A stretch of 64,000 nucleotides of DNA from Cycas panzhihuaensis (lineage: Eukaryota; Plantae; Cycadophyta), in contig CM041465.1 in assembly GCA_023213395.1 (NCBI GenBank), forward strand, positions 161,827,741-161,891,740, written 5' to 3'. The position numbers were made by a program, and so were the translations under genes. This document shows positions 40,201 through 50,886 of this stretch, piece by piece; position 1 is the stretch's first letter; the number at the start of each line of letters is the position of its first letter. The notes below the pieces were generated by a model. It searched no databases. It was not told where the DNA came from and worked only from the letters and a program-made list of their open reading frames with translations.

Positions 40201-41457
40201 CTAGCTCCTCAAAATTTTCCTACATGAAAGTCAATCACTTATCCTAAATCTTGATATCACTTATTTTCTCATTATTTTATTTTTACTTCAAGGATTACAA
40301 GAAGAATTTCAAACACATATCTTTCTCCATAATCTAATGCATCCTTGCCCTAATCTTAGGCCCTTATGCCTTTTGAATTTTATAGGCTTTTAATGCATAG
40401 GATAGCTCAGTGATGAGCTTATGCTTGTCTTCACCAAAGGGGTTTCTCTTGTGCTCTTAGCTTACCACTGCTAACTTCTTAACATTAAAGGAGACTAATC
40501 ATCTTCTTATGAGAGCCACTTATTTACTATAACCCCTTAAGAAGGATGTCATTCAAGCAACTTTTTCCTCCTACCAAGCAATTCATTCCTCGTCCCTTAT
40601 TAGCAACTAATTGAGGAACCAAATTTATTGGATGCTAGATATGCAAAGCTTGGACTTGAGATGGAAGGTGTACAACTTGAAAATTAAAGAGCCTCAAATA
40701 GGTCTTTCTTCCTTTCAAGTAATATTGAAAGTGATGAGATGATGGCCAAACAAAAGGGCATCATTCAAAAACCTAACTAGTAAGGAACAACCTTGGTCAA
40801 ACTTGATGTGTTCATTAGAGGAAATCATTACCCTTTTAAGTTTTTTAAGGATTCTATCTTTCTTATGTCTAAAATTAGACCATGTTAACTATGGGTTATG
40901 TTTCTTACTCTTCCTAAAGGCATTAGGGTCATATAAGACAAGCTTATTTTCAAAATAGGGCCACTCAATCCTTTTTTCATGGTGTTATCTAATGGATTTC
41001 TCTCTATCTTGTCACCTAGGGCTTTTATTGTGTTGAAATCCATACGAAGTACATGTATAACATTAGGCATGTTTCTATATAAATAGCTCCACAAATTAGC
41101 CTTTTCTTTGGGAAAGTTAGGTGCATAAATAATGAGAATACCCAATATTTTATTATAACACCTAATGAAAAATCACACACATCGATTCTCAGGGTATGAG
41201 GCATGTATGACTATGTTGTCATCCCATAGTAGTTTGAGTAAAATAAGTATATAACCTTACCCCTCATCATGAACCATAGAGAAGGGGATAACTTCATTAT
41301 AAATATACATGGTTGAAAATCTAAGATCATTACAAAAACACTTAATTTCTTATAGTCAAAGTACATCTAAACTTATAAACCTATTACAAATTTTTCTAAC
41401 CACCATATGTCTAAACGAATTATATAGTCCTCTAACATTCTAGATAATAACATTCAT
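37300..41457 (-). pseudogene. LINE ORF2 (APE endonuclease plus RT); 3' limit approximate
   Basis: WNVRGL-like start; ORF fragments 40885..41145 and 39590..39946; KYPSLDGFPCEFY motif at ~39985-40025. Confidence 0.85.
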
Positions 41458-41499
41458 TATGGATCTCTTCTATGTTCGTACTACTAACCTCCCCATATA

Positions 41500-42700
41500 G
41501 GTTGTCACTTAATAGGAAAATCAGATTGGATTAAGAGGATTTATGTCATTTAACTATTAAGTTGAATAAGGCTTTTATGGAAACTTCTCACCTGTCCTCC
41601 TCATCTCTCCCCCTAGATGTAGGAGTTTTGAGGATATCAAAGGGGGAAATTCAATTTGATGTGATTAGGGAGCCTTAATAAATGTTGTCTTAAAGACCTT
41701 TTCTTTACCCATCTCACCACCTAACAATTATATCTCTTTCGTTTTAGGGCCTAGCCTCATATGTGATGGTGATTTTACCACTATAGATTATTATTTGGGC
41801 TTAGGCTTATTAATGAGCTTCCTATTGGTGACCTCAATCCATCCATTAGAGCTCTCTACTGCTAGTTTTAGACTTTTAGACTTATTTGGACTCTGAGCTT
41901 CCATAGGCTTATTTAAAGGGTAGTCCTTTACCCTATTATCCCTAAAGTGACATCTAAAACATGAGTTAGGAATAGACCTTTTACTTAAGGGTAGATTGCT
42001 TACACTGAATTTATATATACTCTAATAGACTCTTGGGTCAGTCTACCTTAACACAAGTAATGATGTTAGGTCATAATAAGAATTCTTTATGGAGCTCTGG
42101 CGATATAAAATCACCCAAAAATTATGTGAGCTCCTTTATAAAGGACCAATAATGCATTACAAGACCCAAGAATTTAACCCACACTAAGTATTTTAATGCT
42201 ACATCCATATCAGTAGAGAAGTTAGGATCTTAGTGGTTAAAAACCACCAAGTTCCTTTGACATATCCATGGGCCTTTGTAGAACACTTACTATAAGGCTT
42301 CTAGAGATTTAAAGATGAATGGAAAAAAGCTTTCGAAAGGTTTCAAGTAGAAACTATTTTCCATTAGAAGACTTCAATAGTTGACTTAGCCAACTGCCAT
42401 ATGATAGCTTTAGTCAACATTCAACCCATAAAATATACAATAAGCATACGGAAGTAAACTTCATTAAAAGTGTTAAAAACTGCATTGATATCAAGATATA
42501 CTACTAAAAGATCTAACTCACCTCATCAAGTATCTTGGGGATAAACTTCCTGACTTACTTTAATGTCATTCTCTGCCTATAGATCAAACAAAGAAAAAGA
42601 AAGGTCTTTAGACTAGTTGGCTTTAATCACTTCTAGAAATAATTAATTATCTCTTTAGGTATCCATGTTAGCCCCTTGTATGAAATAAGTTGAAACAATT
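41500..42700 (-). pseudogene. LINE ORF1 (DUF4283-like plus zinc knuckle); limits approximate
   Basis: VFYKGPWICQRNLVVFNH*DPNF at ~42220-42290 and PNSCFRCH at ~41950-41970. Confidence 0.7.
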
Positions 42701-45700
42701 CACTTCACTAAAAATACCAAACCCTAAACACCATTAAATATAGAAGTAATAAGAATGATTACCAAAAATAGCTCATGCACATAAGAACCTAATGTATCTG
42801 ACCCAATTCAAAAACTAGGAGAAGCTGAATAAATAAATGCTGAGAGCTTTGAAAAAAAACAAATATTATTGATGTAGATTTGAAAGATGATCCTTACAAC
42901 ATGACAACAGTCATATATATATATATATATATAGGTATATATATATAGGTATATTGGATATGTTGTTTTATCAAGGGACATAACCCTTGTAATGTATCTT
43001 TTCAACAAATAACAAGGGTTTATAACAATTCCTCCCTCTCAAGATGTTTCACCTAGGAAACTCTCGTGTCTCAATTCAGGGTGAAGCTTGATAAAATCAG
43101 AGGATTCCCAGGAAGCATCTTCTATAGGCAATTATTTCCATTTGATCAAATATTCTCGAATAGTTTTTTACCATAACCGATATTCTCGAACTTCAAGGAT
43201 AGCTTCTGGTAATAAGATTAATTTGCCTTCTTCATTTAGAAGAGGTAAGTCTATTTATACCTACACATGATCTCCAATTTTCTTTTTAAGATATGATACA
43301 TGAAATACATTGTGTAATTTTGAGGTTGGGAGTTCCAAGGCATAAGCTACTGCTCTGATTTTTTGTTGAACTCGAAAAGGACCATAAAACCAAGGACTCA
43401 ATTTCTGTTTTTGAGAAATTTTTAATGATGCTTGCTTATATGGTTGCAACCTCACATAGACCCAGTCTCTGACTTCAAATATTCTTTTTGTTTGGTTTTT
43501 ATCAGCTTGTTGTTTCATACGATTCCTTGCTTCTTCTAAATGTTGCTTTAATATTTGAATTATGTTCTATGATTCTTGGAGATAGTCACTAACTGTTGGA
43601 ACCTTATTATCCATTTGTAACCAAACTTTTAATTGAGTTGGTTAGTAGCCATATAATGCTTGATAAGGGGTCATTTTAATGGATGAATGGTAAGAAGAGT
43701 TATACCATGCTTCAACTAAGTGTAACCATTTGACCCACAAATGTTGTTTATCTGTTACATAATTTCGTAAATAATTCTCTAAACATTTGTTAACTGCTTC
43801 AGTTTGTCCATCTATTTACAAATGATAACTGGTACTCATATTTAATTTTGTACCTACTTGTCGAAACATTTCTTGCCAGAAATGACTTAAAAATTTAGGG
43901 TCTCTGTCGTTAATAATGGTCTGTGAAAAACCATGTAACTTGTGAATTTCTTTGATAAATACTTTAGCTAACTGTTGAGCTTTGTAGTTAGACTAAATGG
44001 GTATAAAATGAGCAAATTTTGTTAAATGATCCACAACCATATAGATAACATCTTTCCCTTCTGATTTTGGTAAGCCTATGATAAAATCCATGCTAATACT
44101 TTCCCATTTTTGTTGCGGAATAGGAAGAGGCTAGAGAAGACCAGGAGTAGTAATATGTTCATATTTATTGACTTGGCATACTGCACATTTAGCTACAAAT
44201 TTCATTACGTCCTTTTTCATTCCTTTCTAGAAAAATGATTATTTGACTCGCAGATATGTTTTATAAAATCCTTCATGTCTTGTGGCAAGTACTACATGTG
44301 CCTCATTTAATATCTTGTTACAAAAAGCTGAGTTTAGACCTAAAAATATCCGTCCTTTATACCATAAAATATCATTTCTCCATTCAAATTTATCTTCTTT
44401 TCCTTATTGAATTCTTTGAATGAGTTGTTGAATGTCAGGATCTTTCACATACTCTGATTGTAAATCCATGATCCATACTGGTTCTATCATTGAGACAGCC
44501 TTTAATTGAGGTTATGTATTCTCTTCATCTTTTTATGACAAGGCATCATCTACCACATTATTTTTTCCCCTATTATATGTTATGTCGAAATCAAATGCAT
44601 GAATTTTACTTATCCATTTTTGTTGTTCAGGGGATAATTCTTTTTGTTTTAGTAAATATTGTAAATTGTTATGATCTGTCTTGACTATAAATTTACTACC
44701 TAGTAGATACTGATGCCATTTAACTAGAGCATGTATAATGACCAGCATTTCCTTATCATAAGTTGACTTGAGAATTTCTCAGTTGTTTAGCTTCCTACTT
44801 TCAAATGCAATGGGTTTAGCTTCTTGCATTAGTACTGCACTGATTCCTATCCCTGATGCATTAGGTTCTATTATAAAAATTTTAGAAAAATCAGGTGACG
44901 TAAGCATCTGTAACTGGATTATTATTTACTTGACTTATTCGAAACATTTTGTTGCTTCTTCATTCCATTGAAAAGAATCATTTTTTAATAAACAAGTTAA
45001 AACAGTGGTTCTTTATGCATAATTTTTCATAAAATGTTGATAATATCATGCTAAACCCAAAAATCCTTAGAGTTTTATAATATTTTTGGGTATCAGCCAT
45101 TCTTGAATTGCCTTAATTTTTCTTGGGTCAGCTCTAATTCCTTATTTTGATATAAGATGACCCAAATATTCTATTTCTTTCATTCCAAAGTAACATTTTG
45201 ATTTGTTAGCATAGAATTTTTGTTTCTTTAAGGTGTTCAATACTTGGTCCAGATGATTCATGTGTTCTCCCCATTGTTTACTGAATATTAATATGTCGTC
45301 AAAGAAGACTAAGATAAACTTCCACAAGAAAGATTTCAAAACTTGATTCATTATAGCTTAGAACATGGCTGGTGTATTGGCTAGGCCAAAGGGCATTACC
45401 TTGAACTCATAATGACCATGGTATGTACTGAATGCTATTTTGTATGTATCTTTTAGTTTAATACGAATTTGATGATAGCCTGATTTTAAATCAATTTTAG
45501 AAAAATATTCTGCTCTATGTAATTCGTCTAATAATTCATCGATTCTCAGTATAGGAAATTTATTTTTTATTGTAACTTTATTTAATGCCCGATAATCTAT
45601 GCACATATGATAAGATCCATCTTTTTTTCTTACTAAGATTACGGGTGCTGCAAAAGGGCTTTTACTAGGAGTTATTGCTCCTATATCTAATAATTCTTGT

Positions 45701-46183
45701 ACGATCTTTTCAATCTCATTCCGATAATGATATGGTTGTTTATAGGGCTGAATAAAAATCGGATTAGTGTCTGCTTCCAATTCAATTTGATGTTCACATC
45801 CCTTATCTGGTGGTAATTCTACTGGAATATTTTGAAAAACTTATTTATGCTTCTGGATGACCTTTTGTAGTTCATTTTCTTGTGTAGTTGGTTTAATTTC
45901 TGCCTAAATCGAAAAAAGTTGAGACATCATACCACGATGGCCCTTCTTGATTAATTTTTCCATTTATTTACAGGATATCAGTTGGTTATTTCCAGGTTTT
46001 TCTCCTTGAAGGACGATAATTCTTCTATCTTTCTTATATCTCATAAATAATTCTTCTAGATTCATCTCAAAGTTCCTAAGGTTTGTAACCATTGACTCCC
46101 CATAATAATATCTACTCCACCCACATCTAATACATAAAAATTTTCTTTAAGAGTAATGTCACCAATTAAGATTTAAGGTTTTC

Positions 46184-46484
46184 TATTACACACATAAGCA
46201 ATCTTCACTAACACCTTGAGGTTTTGGTGTAACGGTTCGTTATAACTAGTATCAGAGCCAAGGTCACGAGTTCGATTCTCAGAGAGTATGACCTTGGAGG
46301 AAACAACCTCGGTATAATGTTGGCATAGCAGCGTTCGCCTAGGGCCCGATGAGGCACGAAATTACTAGGAGTAGGCCACCAATAGTGGGTTATCGAGACG
46401 TCGATGCCTTGTGGGGGAGGTGATGTTACACACCTAAGCGATCTTCACTAATACCTTAAGGTTTTGGTGTAACGGTTCGTTACA
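46184..46484 (+). mobile_element. 301-bp TRIM with 61-bp LTRs, inserted in the protease region of H in the opposite orientation
   Basis: LTRs 46184-46244 and 46424-46484 (6 differences). TSD TTTTC at 46179-46183 and 46485-46489. PBS-Met tagtatcagagcca at 46247-46260. PPT gggggaggtga at 46413-46423. Non-coding. Confidence 0.96.
46225..46279 (+). promoter_or_regulatory. Candidate tRNA-type (type 2) Pol III promoter: A box in the LTR, B box after the PBS
   Basis: TGGTGTAACGG at 46225-46235 fits TRGYNNARYGG. GTTCGATTC at 46270-46278 fits GTTCRANYC. The offset of 45 nt equals tRNA U8 to G53. Confidence 0.6.
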
Positions 46485-49400
46485 TTTTCTATCATTCCTT
46501 ATCCAGATATAACCTATTGCCATCCAACACCTACTTGAAAGGGTGTTGTTCTAGATGGAAATAATTTTAAATGTTGAGCTGATATTCTATCAATAAAATT
46601 ATGAGTACTTCCTGGATTGATCAAAATTGTAATAGCTTGATTTTTAATAAATCCTCGTAGTTTTAGCATGTCAGATCTTGTCAAACCACTCATAGCTGAG
46701 AATGATATTTTTAAGATGTCCTCCTCCTGGTTATATTAATATTTCTAATTTTCAATATTTTCTTGGCCACATTCAGTACTATCCTCTTCTCTAATTTTCT
46801 CATCCTCTGCTACTAAAGATAATTTGATTGTGTATAATTGATTTTTCTGACATTTATGATTAGGTGTCCATTTTTCAGCACACCTGAAACAGAGATCCTT
46901 TTTCATAACTTTTCTTGCTCAGCTCTTGTTCTTTGAAGTAACGGTTTAACTGGCCGAGTAACTCTGTTAGGTACAAAACCAGGTCGTATAGCTGAAGGAG
47001 GATTAGAATGAGTATACGGAGGAATATAAGGTCTTGTTCTTGCCTTCTTTAATTCATTGATCTTTCCTTCCTGTATTTTGGCTAGTTGTATTGCCTTATT
47101 CAGATCTTGAGGTTCTTGAATTTTAACATCAGCTTAGATCTCTGTTATTAGACCATCTATATATAGCTAGATAAGTCGATTAGTCAGAATATCTTCTAAT
47201 ACATAGCTTAGTCTCGTAAATGCTGCACTGTATTCTTCCACATAACCAGCTTGTTTTAATCTTCATAACTCGTAATAATAATCACAATTAGATACAGTTT
47301 CAAATCACTCAATGAATAAACACACGAATTCTTTCTAGGTAGGTAATTGATTTTGAAAAGAAATTCATTCGAGACACTATCCCATCCATGTGTAGAGTGG
47401 CTATCAGAACTTGCTCTACCAGCTTAATTTCCATTAAGCGGAAATAGTTTTCCATTTGTTGTATCCACACTCTCGGTTCATGTGATTTTTGCTCCAAACT
47501 GAAATGTTATATAGTATTTTTTTCTAACTTTTTCTTTTTCTGTGTTTGAATACTTTGTAGGTAGTTAAAGTAAGCTTGAAAACCTACTATCTTCTATTCT
47601 TCAGGAGTTAAGTTGTGATATTTATTAAGATATCTTCTGATAGCCTCATTTTCAAAATTAATTAGAGATATCTGAGGACTCAACTGATTTCTTATAGTTT
47701 GATGTCTAATATATGATTGGCGACTCATTACTTCATCTTCTGAATCTGGCACAATCATATCTTCCTTTCTACTTGTCGCTGTGATTGTTAATTTATCCAA
47801 AATCTAGTGTAGCGTATGATTCAAGAGAGCATTTGATGTTTGAACCGCATTGTGGACTGCTTGAGTGATTGGTTTCATGATTTCTTTTTAAACGGTGTTG
47901 TCTGCCATATCTTCAATGTTCATTATTTTAATGATTATATTGGTGCGATTCCAATGATTGACTGTTGTGATTGGATGGCTAGTGAAAAATAAAAGGTATA
48001 TGCTTCTCTTATTATTTTCTTTCTATCTTCATTAACTAATGCATAAATTTCTTGTAATGAGTAAAATTACAACACCATAAAATAATATTCTAGTCTTCAC
48101 TTAATACCACTTGAGGTATCTCAAGTTGGTCACACTCGTATATAGAAGACAAATTGGTCAATTATTCAATATTTGAGGGATATCAATTGATTAAGTGTGG
48201 TAGGTTGACTTAGAAGAAAATGTAAATTAAATAAAATTAAAATTATTGCATGATATATATTATGACCATCAAAGATTGTAGATATAGAAGAGAACCTTCA
48301 GGACTATTGAAATGGCAAATAATAGTCAAGTGACTTATATATATAATTAACAGAATAAATATGAATATTGATTAATAGAGTGTAACCTTAATAGAATGTT
48401 GTCACAAGTAAGGTTTAGTTGGGATTATGATTTGAATAACAACAAAATATGAATTAATATATAAGTACTAGTTAATAGAGTACAATGTTAATGCGACGTT
48501 GTTACAATCTTATAAAATAATTAATGAGATAACAAATGTATTAATGAATATATATTATATCTTGTTAAATATAAGAATGAAGAAATAGAATAGAGACTCT
48601 TAATTAAGACCTCTCTACTTTCCCAATATCAAACCTTCAATCGAATTTGAATTGTAATAATAACATGTAACTATAATGTTGGAGTTAATGACTAATTGAA
48701 GTCACTTTGTATCTTTACAACTATAAGATAAAGTATAAAGATAAAAATATATATGAATTAACTATATTATTAATATGGTAAAGTAACTTAATAATGACAA
48801 ACTATATGTTAATATAATATAATGATAGAATATAGAGTATGTTTTACAATGAAGTACGAAGAATTAATGGCGTAAGTTATTAATCAAATGACATGATATG
48901 ATGGACGAGATGCTGTTTAATAATTAATATGCATACATCCAATGGTGTGGATTAACACTAATGTGAGTATATCTAATATACAGCTATGCGTCAACGTTTG
49001 AATACCGAGGAAAAGTGTGAACAGTAAAAATAGAATTTAGGCATGAACAACGAATGACAGAACATGGAGGAGAGGTGTGAACAACTACGAGAATGCGATG
49101 ATAATGCCAACCAAAGAGAATAGTTGAACAATCAGACCACAAGGGAAAATGATAAACAAAATGGAATGATGATGACTAATACGCGAATGTAATAGTCACC
49201 CGAGAGTAGAAGATGGAGACAAAGAATGCCAAGAATCAGGCCCTGGAAGTATGAGCGAAAATGAAGGACAAGTAGGGTCAAATGAGTGTAGGCTGAGGAA
49301 TGGACTGTAATGAAATGAACGGATGCCTGATAGAAGATAGAATGAAGATGCAAGAATTAGATTGAACATCGTAGGGAGACGAGCATGGGAATGGACAGAC

Positions 49401-50886
49401 GCAAGGAGACGATGGATGTAAAGAATGACAAGATAGACAAAACGCCATGGGCCCTGACGATATGAATGTGCAATACACAGAACAAATACAAGATAATAAA
49501 TTACATTAGTGAAAAATAGTAATGGAATTGGGACTACTTGTTTAGCCTTTCAACAATGTAGTGTGGGCGGATGAATGTATAGTGGTGATTCCCACCCAAG
49601 TAATCTGAACTCCCTCTAATACCACTTGTATCCAACCTAATTCAAAAACTAGGAGAAGCTGAATAAATAAACGCTGAGAGCTTTGAAAAAAAATAAATAT
49701 TATTGATGTAGATTTGAAAGATGATCCTTACAACAGGACAATGACCATATATATATAGGTATATTGGATCCGTTGTTTTATCAAGGGACATAACCCTTGT
49801 AATGTATCTTTTCAATAAATAATAAGGGTCTATAACACCTATAGAGCATGGTTTCACTCTCACCCTCTCAAAGTTCTCTTAAACTCTCTCTCTCTACTAT
49901 AGAACTCTAAACAAAATTCTCTCATCCTTGATAATTTAAAAAGCTTTATTTAGAAATTATTGGTAAGCTTGGGATCTCTATCTAAAATAATCTTTTTAGG
50001 AAAGTTGTATAGCTTATAGATGTTTCTTATAAATATCTTAATAACCTATGCAACATTATAATTTATTTGTATTAGTATGAAGTAAGCATACTTTGTGAGG
50101 TTGTCTATCATAATGACAATAGTATTGTTCCCTTCTAATTCTAACTCGATTATGAAATCCATAGTGAGCTCTTCTCAATTTTATTGAGGTATTAGTAATG
50201 GCTAGAGGGGGTTTGGGTATTATATGTACTTTGAATTTTATATTTCACATGTATTATATTTAGATATAAACCTTCTAATATCCTCCTTTATGCCTTTCTA
50301 GAAAAATAATTGCCTTATCCTTTTGTAAGTTTTGGAAAAACCTAAATGGCTTACTATCAGTATTTGGTGGTGCTCCCATAGTAATTTTCCCTTAAACTTT
50401 ACACCATTTGGTAGATATATCTAGCCTTTATACAAGAGATTCCTACTATTAATCTTTCAATTTGGCTTGCTTATCCCTTCTCTAGATTCTTTTAGTTATT
50501 GACTAATCTATGTGTTGGTTATATGTGCTTGTTGGATTTCTATCATTCATGATACTTGGGTTGTTGTAATGGTTGTACACTCTCTATGCTTGTATTTTCT
50601 TACAAGAGTAGTGGTCATTATGTTTTCCTTCCCCTTCTTATAAGCAATGTCAAAGTCATGGTCTTAGGTCTTGTGTATCCACCTTTATTGCTCCTCTAAT
50701 AAATTTAGTTAAGAGAGAAAGTATTTAAGGCTTGAGTGGTTTGTTTTAATAATGAATTTAGTGTCTAATATGTGTTGTCATCATTTGGCCAATGCATAGA
50801 GAATGGCTAGCATTTATTTGTTATAAGAACTCTTTGCTCTTTTCCATAAATTTACCTTTTGACTTACATATGTAATGGATTAATCA

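Larger units (their letters stand above)
43040..47923 (-). pseudogene. gag-pol of chromovirus H
   Basis: RT ([38 protein letters not shown]), RNase H (KTDHNNL), integrase C-terminal GPF motif and chromodomain (YLIKWK..PIEDASWE). Confidence 0.95.
42793..49837 (-). mobile_element. Gypsy chromovirus H, full length, inserted near the 5' end of the LINE
   Basis: LTRs 42793-43027 and 49627-49837. TSD CCTAA/CCTAT. PBS-Met at 49613-49624. PPT at 43028-43040. Domain order gag-PR-RT-RH-IN-chromodomain. Confidence 0.95.
37176..49921 (-). mobile_element. L1-clade LINE, ~5.7 kb after removing H, inserted in the integrase of G
   Basis: T-rich 3' end at 37176. RT ORF 39590..39946 (IKLIPKG...LLNVLYKIL...FIKGKFILDNI). 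Endonuclease (MNVII*NVRGL at 41457; IYAPN). ORF1 with GPW and CFRC motifs. Imperfect flanking duplication tcatcccta/tcatccttg. Confidence 0.88.

Noticed and set aside
42808-43008. Duplicated small ORFs at 42808-43008 and 49642-49863, and ORFs at 57542 and 57564
   Set aside because: These are chance frames lying in or across LTRs; the duplication just reflects LTR identity.
46218-46290. Functional tRNA gene or SINE
   Set aside because: There is no acceptor stem or anticodon arm, and the segment sits inside an LTR-PBS-PPT-LTR unit with a 5-bp TSD. Only promoter-like boxes are claimed.
48102-48113. Internal PBS-like motifs (taataccacttg at 48102; tagtatcagag at 11148)
   Set aside because: No adjoining LTR, PPT or TSD was found; the matches are too short to support extra elements.
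49132-49478. Hydrophobic ORFs in the leader of H as an env-like gene
   Set aside because: They are short frames from pyrimidine-rich leader sequence upstream of gag, the wrong position for env, with no supporting motifs.
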